Shown here one piece after another: positions 37,542 to 48,603 of a DNA stretch of 64,000 nucleotides. A program made the position numbers and the translations under genes. The DNA lies in the IMG/VR virus record IMGVR_UViG_2595698293_000001, positions 224,001 to 288,000 of that record; one strand, given 5' to 3'. This stretch comes from a virus. Taxonomy: Duplodnaviria > Caudoviricetes. The notes under the pieces are model-generated. The model saw nothing but the letters and a program-made list of their open reading frames with translations. It made no database searches and was not told the origin of the DNA. The first letter of the stretch is position 1. Each line of letters begins with the position of its first letter.

Positions 37542-37751
37542 ATGAAATATACCGTTATTGGTATTTTGGGTTCAGATATTTGTAGTACTAACACCTCACT
37601 GGAAGCAGTACAAGTTGTATTGAAACAGATTCCTTTGAGTGAAAAAAATGCGAAAAAGTTTGAAAATCGATTACAAAATGCAAAAGAAGGCTCCACGATT
37701 TATATTGAATATGGTGGAGCTTCATGTGCTGTTAAAGTTCACAAGAATTAA
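37542..37751 (+). CDS. hypothetical protein
   Basis: promoter at 37435. Confidence 0.7.
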   Translation: MKYTVIGILGSDICSTNTSLEAVQVVLKQIPLSEKNAKKFENRLQNAKEGSTIYIEYGGASCAVKVHKN

Positions 37752-37759
37752 GGGTTACT

Positions 37760-38032
37760 ATGAAATTAATTAAAAATATTTTATTCTTTTTTATTTTTAG
37801 TATATGTATTACAAATAATGTATATGCCATACAAATGAATTGTGTCAATGTACAGGACAATAAATTTTGCACAAGTACAGATGAAAATGGTAATACAGTA
37901 CGTACCAACATTTATCGTTTTGGTAATATAGAAACCATCGAATCATCCGGTACTGATTCTAATGGTAATACTTTTATCAACAAGTGTACTGTAATAAAAT
38001 TGGATAATTATAGTACTATTAACTGCAATTAG
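37760..38032 (+). CDS. small exported protein
   Basis: signal peptide ending VYA; four Cys; internal DxNGNT repeat. Confidence 0.7.
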   Translation: MKLIKNILFFFIFSICITNNVYAIQMNCVNVQDNKFCTSTDENGNTVRTNIYRFGNIETIESSGTDSNGNTFINKCTVIKLDNYSTINCN

Positions 38033-38041
38033 GGTGATATT

Positions 38042-38416
38042 ATGTCATTTAAAAGAGATAGAGAATATATCGACACAATAATAAAAATTATAAAACAATT
38101 AAAAAGTCAAAATTCTGATCTAGGAACTTCAATATACAATGAATATTGCTCTTTTGGTTATTTGTGTTATAATTACAATGAACCAACATTGACTTATTTT
38201 TATGATAAAAAAGATAAAGATTTCGAAAAGTTTTCTACTACACTTGAAGTACCTTCATATGATATCAGTACAGAAGAAGGTTATTTTCAGGCATCTTTGA
38301 TGTATACAGATTCACAAATGCGAGTAATGTTTTTATTTGTTGAATTGAAAAAGAATTTTAAAAATGATTCATTTGTTATTCCCATGAAGTTACTAAATGA
38401 TAATTTAATATATTAA
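38042..38416 (+). CDS. family A protein
   Basis: TEEGYFQASLMY. Confidence 0.8.
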   Translation: MSFKRDREYIDTIIKIIKQLKSQNSDLGTSIYNEYCSFGYLCYNYNEPTLTYFYDKKDKDFEKFSTTLEVPSYDISTEEGYFQASLMYTDSQMRVMFLFVELKKNFKNDSFVIPMKLLNDNLIY

Positions 38417-38421
38417 AGGAT

Positions 38422-38820
38422 ATGTTTCTTATGTCTGAATTTGAAAAAATTATTAAACGTTGTGAAATATATTTTTATCATATTATAAAGAATATAGGAA
38501 AAACAAAAAAATCTACAGTTATAAATTGTGAATACAAAGATAATGGATTTATTTGTTATACACCAGAAAATAATGAATGTTATTTTTATTTCCCAGATCC
38601 AGAATTTGGTTCTTCTGGTATAAAAACAGAAATACCAGATGATGTTCTAACTGAAGAAGGTTATTTTCAGTACTCAACTATTTTTGATGATGAAAAATTA
38701 TTCAGTATGGTGTTAATGAAATATTTTAAAGATAATTGTGATTTTGGATTTTCTGTAGAGGCTCCTGATTGTCTTTTTGACTTCCTACAACGAACCGTAT
38801 ACAATGAAAATACTAACTGA
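38422..38820 (+). CDS. family A protein
   Basis: TEEGYFQYSTIF. Confidence 0.8.
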   Translation: MFLMSEFEKIIKRCEIYFYHIIKNIGKTKKSTVINCEYKDNGFICYTPENNECYFYFPDPEFGSSGIKTEIPDDVLTEEGYFQYSTIFDDEKLFSMVLMKYFKDNCDFGFSVEAPDCLFDFLQRTVYNENTN

Positions 38821-38998
38821 GAGTGATTGCTACAGAATATGTTCTGAAGTATCTTTAAACTCAATCAATAAAAATAAAGTACAACGTGCAGAACTAATAT
38901 TAGTAAGATTTATGGGTACAAACTTTGAAGGAATTGCTTTGTATAATTATATGAATTGTTTAATGGAATATTGTAATGAGTTACATAACAGAAAATAG
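38804..38998 (+). CDS. family C protein
   Basis: ELILVRFMGTNFE. Confidence 0.7.
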   Translation: MKILTESDCYRICSEVSLNSINKNKVQRAELILVRFMGTNFEGIALYNYMNCLMEYCNELHNRK

Positions 38999-39398
38999 TT
39001 ACGAAAGAGATATTTTTATGTGTTCAGAAATAATGAGAATTCATGAACGATTTATTGGTCTTGATTCTTCTACGTGGAGTTTCAGGGAGGATGCATATTT
39101 AATTTTCAGCCCAGGAACCAAAAATCAAATACAGTACCATCTTTCATCACAAGAACGAAAAGAGTTATTTTTTAATGGTTCTGCTTTTCTGAGTTCAATC
39201 GATTTGGATTATCCACTCAAAGAAGACCTTGATTTGTGTACAGAAGAAGGTTATTTTCAGGGTTCATTAATTCTTGACAAAAAATATTTAACAGTATATA
39301 CTATTTTTCAGTACCTTGATAAAAATTGTAATTCTGCGTTCTCTATTGATATGGTACCTTTTTTGAACGGGTTTAGACGAAAATATGAAAATAGTTGA
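38976..39398 (+). CDS. family A protein
   Basis: TEEGYFQGSLIL. Confidence 0.8.
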   Translation: MSYITENSYERDIFMCSEIMRIHERFIGLDSSTWSFREDAYLIFSPGTKNQIQYHLSSQERKELFFNGSAFLSSIDLDYPLKEDLDLCTEEGYFQGSLILDKKYLTVYTIFQYLDKNCNSAFSIDMVPFLNGFRRKYENS

Positions 39399-39780
39399 TT
39401 ATGATTACCAAAGGGATCTAGCTATATCTAATATCATTTTGGAACTCTGTGAAGATGATCCTTATTATACTGTAGTTCGAGGGTATAGTAATAATGAATA
39501 CAAAAGTGATGGGTTTTTGGTTTATTCCAATGGAACACCCGTAAATGAAATTCTTGTATTTCCAATGTTCAATGAAATACTACAAAAGAACATGGTACCA
39601 AATAAACTTGTTAAATTAGTCCAAACTGATTTGTTGTCCGAAGAATCATATTTTCAACACAGTACTTTATATGATGCATTAGAATTGCATGTTATGTTTA
39701 TTTTTCAGTACTTAATGAAATATAGTACACATTCAGTATCAATGCCAATGAGATCAATCTGGAATGAATATGAAAAATAG
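39385..39780 (+). CDS. family A protein
   Basis: SEESYFQHSTLY. Confidence 0.8.
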   Translation: MKIVDYDYQRDLAISNIILELCEDDPYYTVVRGYSNNEYKSDGFLVYSNGTPVNEILVFPMFNEILQKNMVPNKLVKLVQTDLLSEESYFQHSTLYDALELHVMFIFQYLMKYSTHSVSMPMRSIWNEYEK

Positions 39781-40300
39781 TTATATCTATGATGAAAAAG
39801 AAAACAAAGATGAACTAATTCAACACATGACTATACAAGAATGTTTTGAATACGCTGATAAAGTAATTGATTTATATAATATCTTACATAATAAACCAAA
39901 AATAAAAATACTCAATTTAGCTGAACTAGAGTCAGATAAATCAAGAAAACACAAATCTTTTGAATATACAAGTAATGATGATTTGGTTTATTCAGAAGAT
40001 AATCATTATTTTGTTGGTACTTCATTTATTGAGATTTATACTGGAATACGATATATTCCAGAGAGTGTTCATAAAATATTAGGTATAACATCAGGTACAA
40101 CAAGTAAACTTATTGATATCGGTGATGTTATCATTGAGAACACTGAAGAGGATATCTTCCAGTACAGCACAGTTTACAGTGATCACGAATTGAAGCATTT
40201 GATTATTTTAAGTGCAATTAAAAAAAATAGGTGTAGAGAGTTCTTTATGGATTTAAATTATTTGGAATTTTTATTAGATTATCATTCTATCTTAAATTAA
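39764..40300 (+). CDS. family A protein
   Basis: TEEDIFQYSTVY. Confidence 0.8.
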   Translation: MNMKNSYIYDEKENKDELIQHMTIQECFEYADKVIDLYNILHNKPKIKILNLAELESDKSRKHKSFEYTSNDDLVYSEDNHYFVGTSFIEIYTGIRYIPESVHKILGITSGTTSKLIDIGDVIIENTEEDIFQYSTVYSDHELKHLIILSAIKKNRCREFFMDLNYLEFLLDYHSILN

Positions 40301-40310
40301 AAAACAAACT

Positions 40311-40832
40311 ATGAAACCAATTTACACTGAAAGTATTAAACTTATTAATGACATTGATGATTTCTTTAAATTTGTAAATTCAAATTCTTATTATGCACTT
40401 CATAATTTGAATATACTAATTTTTGATCATCCAGGTTCGGTTATTTCTGCATTTGAACCAAAAAATTTTTATCAAATCTGTTTAATTAGAGATAATGTAC
40501 AGGAATCAATTTTTAAGGTGTCATTGAATACAAGATATGAATACTGGAATGAATCAAGAATGTTTTATTTCGACGCGAGCAGAAATGATTTTTCTATATG
40601 TGAAAAAACAAAAATCCAAAATACTGTTGATATTTTGGAATATGATAACAATATAGAAGAGTTAGCATTCCAGTACAGTACTGAAGTACAACTGGAATTT
40701 GTTCCTGTTTGTGTATTGGCTTCATACTTAAAGAAGAATCACGACCCGAAATATCCATTATTTAAACTGATACTCAATGATGTTGATTTTTTATTAAAAC
40801 GATTCAAGGAAATAGAAGATTATGATTGGTAA
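40311..40832 (+). CDS. family A protein
   Basis: IEELAFQYSTEV. Confidence 0.8.
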   Translation: MKPIYTESIKLINDIDDFFKFVNSNSYYALHNLNILIFDHPGSVISAFEPKNFYQICLIRDNVQESIFKVSLNTRYEYWNESRMFYFDASRNDFSICEKTKIQNTVDILEYDNNIEELAFQYSTEVQLEFVPVCVLASYLKKNHDPKYPLFKLILNDVDFLLKRFKEIEDYDW

Positions 40833-41313
40833 TTTAGTTGATTTTGCTTCAGTATCAAAATTCTCAGAAAATTTAATTAGAATTCATAAAGCATTTACTG
40901 ATGGTTTCTTTTTGAAAGTACCGAACTTTTGTACTAAACTGGAAGAAGTACAAGGTGAGTATGAATATTCGGTTATTCAACCAATAAAATGTTCACAAAT
41001 GTATACCAGTTTAACTGAAGAATATATTATTGATATTAATGATATATATTTTATATCTTTCAATCCTGATTCAGTACTTGAGATATACATTAATGCCGTT
41101 AGATCAAAAGTACTTAGTACAAAAGATGTAAATTCATTTGATATATCAGAGGAGGGTTACTTCCAGGGAAGCACGATTTATGAACCAGCAATGTTAAATT
41201 CTATTTTCATTGCATCTGTTCTAAATCGAAGTGATTGTGATAAATTTTATTTTGATTTAGATTATTATGATCTTTGTGTTGAGTATATGGAAAAATATAA
41301 TTATGTTCAATGA
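40822..41313 (+). CDS. family A protein
   Basis: SEEGYFQGSTIY. Confidence 0.8.
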   Translation: MIGNLVDFASVSKFSENLIRIHKAFTDGFFLKVPNFCTKLEEVQGEYEYSVIQPIKCSQMYTSLTEEYIIDINDIYFISFNPDSVLEIYINAVRSKVLSTKDVNSFDISEEGYFQGSTIYEPAMLNSIFIASVLNRSDCDKFYFDLDYYDLCVEYMEKYNYVQ

Positions 41314-41797
41314 ACGTATCAGAACTGCACAAGAAATTATTCAAATTATAGTAGCAATAGAATCTACTGATAAAAAGTATGATGATTTCAAAAGTAATTT
41401 TACAGAAAAATATGTTCAGGACTCGGATTTTATTCAGTACTATATTAAAGGTGAAGAATCTGTAATATTCTATGCAAATGAAACATATATTTGTGATTAT
41501 GACAATTCTTCTAGATTTAATTACATCTGTTTTATTCCAAAATCAAATATTATAGTATATCGTATGTCTGATGAATTCGAAACAATATATGAATATGAGC
41601 TGTTTAAAGATTTTTCAGAAGAACTTGCATTTCAGTACAGTACCTTGTACAATTATGATATAATTGAAATGATGATTATGTTCTGGTATTTTAACCAGAT
41701 CTACAATGGCTCTTTTTATATTAATATGAATTTATTTGAAAAAGCCAAAAAAATATATGAGAGATATCATGACTTCGAATACAAATCCATTAATTGA
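41303..41797 (+). CDS. family A protein
   Basis: SEELAFQYSTLY. Confidence 0.8.
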   Translation: MFNERIRTAQEIIQIIVAIESTDKKYDDFKSNFTEKYVQDSDFIQYYIKGEESVIFYANETYICDYDNSSRFNYICFIPKSNIIVYRMSDEFETIYEYELFKDFSEELAFQYSTLYNYDIIEMMIMFWYFNQIYNGSFYINMNLFEKAKKIYERYHDFEYKSIN

Positions 41798-42359
41798 ACA
41801 CGATAGTCAATTTTTTTACGAAAAAATAACTAATAGTATAGAATTATTAAAAAATATAGTCACTTATTTAAATCAAAATGATATGGAATATGTTGCTCAT
41901 AAAACTGGAGATTTGTATTTTTATATTACAAATGAAAACCCTCGTATTATGTCATTCCATACTGGTGAATATTCTTTTATGGATTTTTATACTAGTACAG
42001 AAAAGAAAGATGGTAGAAATTCAGTAGACATATTCAATAATAAAAAGAAAACGTGTATAGATTTTAATATACTACAAAATACTGATTCTTTTTTTCTCTC
42101 AGATTCCAGAAATGGTACAGCGAATGTAATTGATGCGTCAAAAATAATTGAATTGCCTATAATTAAAGTTCAAACAGAAGAAGAAAGATTTCAGTACAGT
42201 ACTGTGTATAATGATATTGAATTGAGTAGTATTGAATTGTATTATAAATTTATGAAAGAACAATTGTATTTTTACGTTACATTAGATGGTGTTGAAGAAA
42301 TTCAAACTGTACTTCAAACAATACACAATGATTTACCAAAATATATAAGGAAAAAATAA
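41769..42359 (+). CDS. family A protein
   Basis: TEEERFQYSTVY. Confidence 0.8.
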   Translation: MTSNTNPLIEHDSQFFYEKITNSIELLKNIVTYLNQNDMEYVAHKTGDLYFYITNENPRIMSFHTGEYSFMDFYTSTEKKDGRNSVDIFNNKKKTCIDFNILQNTDSFFLSDSRNGTANVIDASKIIELPIIKVQTEEERFQYSTVYNDIELSSIELYYKFMKEQLYFYVTLDGVEEIQTVLQTIHNDLPKYIRKK

Positions 42360-42856
42360 TGAATTGTGAATATAAAAAATCTAAACACATCACGGATTCG
42401 TTGGTAAAATTAATCAAATCAATACTGAATGGTGCAATCGATGGACGACTAAACTATGATGACAGTGATGACATTATTAATGTTACATTAAAATCCAACA
42501 AAAAGAGTTATAGGAATTTATTTTCTACCGGGTGGTATTATAGTGAGTATTTACTTGAAGACAACTCTTCATTGGGATATTCAGAAACCCATTATTTTGC
42601 TTTTGATCCAAATGATAGTTCTCTTGTTGTTACGATTCGAACATGTAATGGTAAAAGAACAAGAGAGAAAATTAATACATCTGGACTTAATATAGATACA
42701 GAAGAAGGGTGGTTCCAGTACAGTACTTTATACGATGATACTGAACTATTTGCTATTATGTTATGGTGTGCATTTAAGAAAGAAAACTTCCCATCATGTT
42801 TAGTTGAATTTTCAGAATTTTTTAAATATTTGGAAGAAACAAATGCTATTATCTGA
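42359..42856 (+). CDS. family A protein
   Basis: TEEGWFQYSTLY. Confidence 0.8.
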   Translation: MNCEYKKSKHITDSLVKLIKSILNGAIDGRLNYDDSDDIINVTLKSNKKSYRNLFSTGWYYSEYLLEDNSSLGYSETHYFAFDPNDSSLVVTIRTCNGKRTREKINTSGLNIDTEEGWFQYSTLYDDTELFAIMLWCAFKKENFPSCLVEFSEFFKYLEETNAII

Positions 42857-43424
42857 TATCAAATCTTTTAGTACTGAACTGGATGTAATTAAAAATATCA
42901 TTATTAAGATGATTGAAATTCACAGAACTAAAAGACGATCTACGTCTTTTAGTGAAGAAGGTTTTGAACTTGAGCGTGGATTGTTTCATATTGATTTGAT
43001 GATTAGTGATTATGAATGTATTTTTAGTTTAAGAAACGATTCGTCTCAAATGAAAAATACTGGGATTGATTTATCCATTATTCCACATCATCAAATTATA
43101 CTTGGTGGTTCTGGAAACGTATACATTTCACCCTTCGAATCTGGATTTAGTAGAAGTATAGCTTTACCAAAAAATGAAGGTAGTGAACCTTACATTTTAA
43201 TTAACGATGATGCACTTGATGAATGGAAATTTCAGTTAAGTACATTATATGATCCAATAATCGTTGATATAATAAACCTAGAAGAAGAACTAAGAGATCA
43301 CTTAGCCTCTTTGGAGCACAACAATAATGTATATGCACCTTTGTTATTGGTTGTTGATTTAAAATGTTTAGAAAAGAAAAAACACGATTTGAATTCTATG
43401 CTTGAATTTTTAGAGAACATATAA
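42843..43424 (+). CDS. family A protein
   Basis: LDEWKFQLSTLY. Confidence 0.8.
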   Translation: MLLSDIKSFSTELDVIKNIIIKMIEIHRTKRRSTSFSEEGFELERGLFHIDLMISDYECIFSLRNDSSQMKNTGIDLSIIPHHQIILGGSGNVYISPFESGFSRSIALPKNEGSEPYILINDDALDEWKFQLSTLYDPIIVDIINLEEELRDHLASLEHNNNVYAPLLLVVDLKCLEKKKHDLNSMLEFLENI

Positions 43425-43427
43425 AAC

Positions 43428-44036
43428 ATGAAATTAGAATATTTCCCAAATTTAGAATACAAACATTGTATTGCTTATTCAATGTTTGTGGAAGATTTAA
43501 TTAACGCATTACATGATCCAGAAATACGAAGAGAATGTGGAATTATAAGAATAGAAAATGATAGATTTTATATCAACACTGGAATTAGAAAAATAGATCT
43601 GGATATATTAAGTGTAGATACAACCTCTACACCAACCTTGATTTCTTCCAGAGTTGGTAATTTCGAATTTTACTGGACTCACTGTTATGAATTCAATAAA
43701 GATTCTAAACATGATTTTATGATAGATGGTGATTTGTGCGAAAAAATTAAGTACAGTTATGACTATACAGAAGAAATGTTCTTTCAAAACAGCTTATTAT
43801 ACAAAAACTGTGATTTGTTTTATATTATATTATTCAATTATTTAAAATGTAATTTAAATCATTCATTCTGTATGGCATCTGCACCCATCCCTGAAGATTT
43901 TTTTAAATTAATTCCAAATTTACTTTACATTGCTACCGAAAAGGGGTATTATGGTGATCTGTTAGAGTTGATGAAAAATATTCATCCAAATAACAACGAT
44001 AAAAGTTCATATCTATCAGGATTTAGCAATCTATGA
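43428..44036 (+). CDS. family A protein
   Basis: TEEMFFQNSLLY. Confidence 0.8.
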   Translation: MKLEYFPNLEYKHCIAYSMFVEDLINALHDPEIRRECGIIRIENDRFYINTGIRKIDLDILSVDTTSTPTLISSRVGNFEFYWTHCYEFNKDSKHDFMIDGDLCEKIKYSYDYTEEMFFQNSLLYKNCDLFYIILFNYLKCNLNHSFCMASAPIPEDFFKLIPNLLYIATEKGYYGDLLELMKNIHPNNNDKSSYLSGFSNL

Positions 44037-44596
44037 CATACGAAGAATACAAAAAGACAATACCAGTACTCGCTGAAATTGTTTCATTACTAAAAAATCA
44101 TCTAAGTAAAAGAACCATATACAACGATAGATTCTTCACCTTACCCAAATCCAATTTTTATATAAAACAAATCAATGATGCTGATATTGACATAAGAATT
44201 TCAAAAAATAGTGATTCTATTATTCGCGTTGCAAAAGAATCTCAGTGTTTTGATGGAGAGATTCCTATGTTACTTCGTCAGTTCGGTGATGTATATTGTT
44301 CATCCAGAAAACACCCAGGGTATATTAAAATATATTCAAGTGAAAGTGACATAGATTTACTTGATGTTGACTGCCCAGAAGAGCAATTATTTCAATATAG
44401 TACAATTCTTTCTAATATAGATCTTATCGTACTTGATCTTGAGTTAGAACTTCAAAAAGTACTTGACGAAAATGTTTACTGTGTAATTACATTATTCTAT
44501 GATAATGATTACTATAGTGAATGTGCTTCATACAATGATTATGTAAATCTACGAGATGATTTAAAAGATGAAAAAAGAACATGGGAACATTATTAA
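44033..44596 (+). CDS. family A protein
   Basis: PEEQLFQYSTIL. Confidence 0.8.
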   Translation: MTYEEYKKTIPVLAEIVSLLKNHLSKRTIYNDRFFTLPKSNFYIKQINDADIDIRISKNSDSIIRVAKESQCFDGEIPMLLRQFGDVYCSSRKHPGYIKIYSSESDIDLLDVDCPEEQLFQYSTILSNIDLIVLDLELELQKVLDENVYCVITLFYDNDYYSECASYNDYVNLRDDLKDEKRTWEHY

Positions 44597-45152
44597 TAAC
44601 TTAAAAGTTATTAAAGAATTAAGCACTGCTATGATTTTGTTGTACAAAAATACAGACAAAATTAATGCTGATAATTATATTCTAAGTACTACCAGATTAA
44701 ATCCATACGAAAATGGAACATTGTACTTGAGAACAAAAGCATCTCAAAATATCATTGGAATTATGAATGAATCAGTTTGCCTGGAAGAATATGCATACAA
44801 AGATGAAGAGGTACCTGGTAATTACAGGGTTATTATACGAGATTCGGCATTCTTCTTATGTAGTCCGATGAATCCATTTTTCAATAAAATATATGCTGAT
44901 TTTAATTATACAAATGGTGTTGAAACTTTTCCCATTCCCAGTGAAGATACATGGGAAGAAGAGATGTTTCAACTATCATTAGTAGTACCAAATATGGTAT
45001 GTTCCGAAGTACTGGAATTATATAAAGAAATACACAATAATATTGAAAGTCATTTTTATATTTCATATGAATATGAAAATTATGATACCACATTATTAAA
45101 AGATGCATTAAATGACGTTAAAAAATTTATCAAGCACTACATCAACAAATGA
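44568..45152 (+). CDS. family A protein
   Basis: WEEEMFQLSLVV. Confidence 0.8.
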   Translation: MKKEHGNIINNLKVIKELSTAMILLYKNTDKINADNYILSTTRLNPYENGTLYLRTKASQNIIGIMNESVCLEEYAYKDEEVPGNYRVIIRDSAFFLCSPMNPFFNKIYADFNYTNGVETFPIPSEDTWEEEMFQLSLVVPNMVCSEVLELYKEIHNNIESHFYISYEYENYDTTLLKDALNDVKKFIKHYINK

Positions 45153-45690
45153 TACTGAAATGTACTTATTGTACAAAAATATTTTACTTGAATTAAAAAG
45201 ATTATTGCATACTGATAATGTACGCGATAATTATCTACATCAAGATATAAATGGTGAAATTTATTGTATAATTTCTGATGGTAAAATCGCATTATATGCT
45301 AATTCCGAAAATATAGCATTCACTTATGTTTTATTTGCTTATTCGTTTAATTCACCAAATTACGTATCAGAAAAATATAGAGTAGAATATGATTCATATG
45401 TATACCTTGATCGTGATAATTCAACTAATGAATATATGATTAATCACGAAACAAATAATATCATCCAATTGATTAAAGAAAATGAGTTGAGTTCAGATGA
45501 ATTAGAAAGTTTATTATTCCAACATAATACACTGTATTCAGATGAAGATAAATTTTGTATTTGGATGGATTATTATATCAGAGACTACATCGAAGATGGA
45601 TATTATTTCTGTGTAAACTACAACAGACTAAATGAATTCAGTACTGACATATATGAAAATATTCTATTGGAATTAAAGAAATATGATTGA
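45112..45690 (+). CDS. family A protein
   Basis: LESLLFQHNTLY. Confidence 0.8.
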   Translation: MTLKNLSSTTSTNDTEMYLLYKNILLELKRLLHTDNVRDNYLHQDINGEIYCIISDGKIALYANSENIAFTYVLFAYSFNSPNYVSEKYRVEYDSYVYLDRDNSTNEYMINHETNNIIQLIKENELSSDELESLLFQHNTLYSDEDKFCIWMDYYIRDYIEDGYYFCVNYNRLNEFSTDIYENILLELKKYD

Positions 45691-46294
45691 ATTAAAATTT
45701 AAAATACAAGAACTAAAAGAACTGGTAATTAATTTAAAGAATGTAAATGATAAATTCCATCTCTCAGAAAATTTCATGATTTATATTCCGGGTACCGAAT
45801 CAACACTCATTCATGAAATGTCAACAAAAGGAATATATTCCAATATTACATTGAAATCAAAAGATTACAAAACTAATATCTGTTACAACACTATCTCTTT
45901 AATCAGGAGTTCAGATCCCTCTGAAGAACGTATCAGGAAATCTAAAACAGTAGGTTCAATTTATAGTAGTTCATGTAATATATATTCTTTATCCGATAAT
46001 ACTAAAATGGAGATTGGTATATATGAAAACTATCATAGAAAGTGTGATACCAGTGAAAACGGAACTATTGAATTACCTGAATATGTAAAAGATTCTGATG
46101 AATTTGAAGCATTATTATTTCAATACAGTACAGAGAGTGGTATTAAGTACAACCGATTATTAAAAATGCGTATCATACACGAAATATGTGATTTACTTCA
46201 ATATGAAGAAATATCAATAGATGATACCTTATTTGATTTGAATTCAGATGATTTAAAAACAATTATACAGGAATTAAAATTAAAATTATGCTGA
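45683..46294 (+). CDS. family A protein
   Basis: FEALLFQYSTES. Confidence 0.8.
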   Translation: MIELKFKIQELKELVINLKNVNDKFHLSENFMIYIPGTESTLIHEMSTKGIYSNITLKSKDYKTNICYNTISLIRSSDPSEERIRKSKTVGSIYSSSCNIYSLSDNTKMEIGIYENYHRKCDTSENGTIELPEYVKDSDEFEALLFQYSTESGIKYNRLLKMRIIHEICDLLQYEEISIDDTLFDLNSDDLKTIIQELKLKLC

Positions 46295-46851
46295 CATTGA
46301 CCGAAATTATTGAGTACGACAATAAAATTATCAATCTGTTGAGTGATATATCATTTGAATTTAACAAAAAAGAAGATAAAAACAACAATAAAGCCACTAT
46401 ACTGAAAGTAAATGATAGTGAATTAGTTGTATTAGAAAATAATCTTCATTTTTATTCTGTTATACTTAAAGTGTATAATGGTATGTCAGACACTCCGTGG
46501 TATATGGTGAAAAACACAGATGATTATGATACATTTCGTGGTATTAAACCATTCATCAACGAGTATGGTATTTTTTGTACTGCAAATGATTACGATGTAT
46601 TATATGATGAATACGATCAATTCGGTACTGTTCATAACGTACTAACAGAAGAACAGTACGCTTGTATAGAAAGCACTGCGTTTCAGTTGAGTACTGAGTT
46701 TGATTTACAAGTAGTAAGAGTATTAGCAATGCAAACCAATTTGTATTACAACAAAAGACACTATCAAATAATGTGTAATACAAAAATTCAGGATCATTTA
46801 TATAATCCAAAGTTAATTTTAAATCTAGAAAAATATCTGGAAAAATTATGA
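46288..46851 (+). CDS. family A protein
   Basis: IESTAFQLSTEF. Confidence 0.8.
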   Translation: MLTLTEIIEYDNKIINLLSDISFEFNKKEDKNNNKATILKVNDSELVVLENNLHFYSVILKVYNGMSDTPWYMVKNTDDYDTFRGIKPFINEYGIFCTANDYDVLYDEYDQFGTVHNVLTEEQYACIESTAFQLSTEFDLQVVRVLAMQTNLYYNKRHYQIMCNTKIQDHLYNPKLILNLEKYLEKL

Positions 46852-47339
46852 AAGAAATTATTGAACTAATAGAATTAATACAATCATGTATAAGTTCATA
46901 TAAACTTGCTGCCGGTGAACATAATTTGAATGCTGATTTTGATTTAGTAGTCAATAATCAAAAGAAATGCATTCACTTGATTAAAAAATCCAGTACTAAA
47001 ACAATCAAACACACAGCACTCATGATAGCTTCTTCACATCCTGCTAAAAAATATAATTCAAATATTGCTAATATAAGTTCACTGTACAAACCAGAAAGTA
47101 CATCTTCATATATCAGTTCAATTAAAAGTGAATTAGATTTTCATAAATGCACTTTGGATTCTTATGAAGAATTAGAATTTCAGTACAGTACGATAATTAC
47201 ACGAAGTGATATTTTTATAATTCAATGCTTATTATATTCAATTGATTTTAAAGATATTGTGTACATGACAAATGATTTCACGAAATACAATTATATTGAA
47301 ATACTCCGATTATTAAAGGACAAACTATGCCAAAATTAG
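46848..47339 (+). CDS. family A protein
   Basis: YEELEFQYSTII. Confidence 0.8.
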   Translation: MKEIIELIELIQSCISSYKLAAGEHNLNADFDLVVNNQKKCIHLIKKSSTKTIKHTALMIASSHPAKKYNSNIANISSLYKPESTSSYISSIKSELDFHKCTLDSYEELEFQYSTIITRSDIFIIQCLLYSIDFKDIVYMTNDFTKYNYIEILRLLKDKLCQN

Positions 47340-47920
47340 ATGCACAGTACTGTGATAAATTACTTAATGCATTGATTACTATACAGAAGAATATAAAAAA
47401 AGAAAAGAGTATTCAAATTTACTACAATGACAGTTATATTCTCGTACAATGCAACCCAGATGGGAATTATGTAGAGTTCAGTTTAAAGAAAGAAGATGTT
47501 CATGATTGTATTAGTATTGATTTACATGAAGCAACACCACAACAAAGTTTAAAAAATATCATTAAAGCATATAAAAGAACTACATATGCATTTGACACTT
47601 TAGTACACAGATATAAAACATTTTATTGTATGTTTGATACAGATGACTATGATTTTAATTTAGTGGGATTTGATGAAAATAATATAATTAACATTCCTTA
47701 TGACTTTGATGATGAATTATATTTTCAGTACAGTACTTTGTATAGTTTACCACCACAGAGCGTTCTTGAGCTTCATAAAAACATTCATAAAAAATGTAAA
47801 AATGAACTACCAATTAAAAGTGTAGTAAGAATTTCATATCTATCCATCGAATTAGATCAAAACGAAATGGATGAAATTTTGGAATCTTTGTATTCATTGG
47901 TTCCTGTGTTTAAGCATTAA
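47327..47920 (+). CDS. family A protein
   Basis: DDELYFQYSTLY. Confidence 0.8.
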   Translation: MPKLDAQYCDKLLNALITIQKNIKKEKSIQIYYNDSYILVQCNPDGNYVEFSLKKEDVHDCISIDLHEATPQQSLKNIIKAYKRTTYAFDTLVHRYKTFYCMFDTDDYDFNLVGFDENNIINIPYDFDDELYFQYSTLYSLPPQSVLELHKNIHKKCKNELPIKSVVRISYLSIELDQNEMDEILESLYSLVPVFKH

Positions 47921-47957
47921 AATCCCCCTTGACTGGGGTTTTTTTATTTGTTATAAT
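47919..47957 (+). terminator. terminator overlapping a sigma70 promoter
   Basis: CCCC-cTTGACt-GGGG-T7; TTGACT-17-TATAAT. Confidence 0.7.
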
Positions 47958-47976
47958 AAAAAATAGAGAATATAAA

Positions 47977-48603
47977 ATGAAAAAAGAATCATATAACATA
48001 CTTCGTGTATGTGAAAATTTAATATTGTTGTTACTGGCTTATAAGAAAAATATAAATTTAAGCAAGAAAATTCTTGATTATCATATTAATATTAATATTA
48101 CATGTAGTACTCATATTTCAATATATTTAAATATTAGTAATTTTGGTTCTATTACAACAACATCATCCAATATAATTTCATTTAATGCTGATAATATTCA
48201 ACCAGTTGAATTAAATTTACCAATTGAAGATATTAAAGGTGAAATGATTTATTTTGATGACCGATATTGTGAATATGATGTTAATAGTCCAAATTTAGTC
48301 GGAGCGTATTTAAAAAAATATGATCCTGATATTGATGGATACAATGAAACAAACTGCCATGAAGTAATGGAAAAGACGTATGATGAATGGGCTTTTCAGT
48401 ACAGTACATTATATGATTTTGTTCCAGATAAAGAAGATTATTTTTACTTGAAAAATTTCATGCATAAATTGGGTAACGAATTCGATTATACATATTCAAA
48501 TATTTTATTTGAATCAAAAGTGGATATTGTGAATCTAAAATCCGCAATTGATATATGTACCGAAACTGTTAAAAGGAAGATTGATGAAAACTCCGATATT
48601 TGA
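47977..48603 (+). CDS. family A protein
   Basis: YDEWAFQYSTLY; start corrected. Confidence 0.8.
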   Translation: MKKESYNILRVCENLILLLLAYKKNINLSKKILDYHININITCSTHISIYLNISNFGSITTTSSNIISFNADNIQPVELNLPIEDIKGEMIYFDDRYCEYDVNSPNLVGAYLKKYDPDIDGYNETNCHEVMEKTYDEWAFQYSTLYDFVPDKEDYFYLKNFMHKLGNEFDYTYSNILFESKVDIVNLKSAIDICTETVKRKIDENSDI

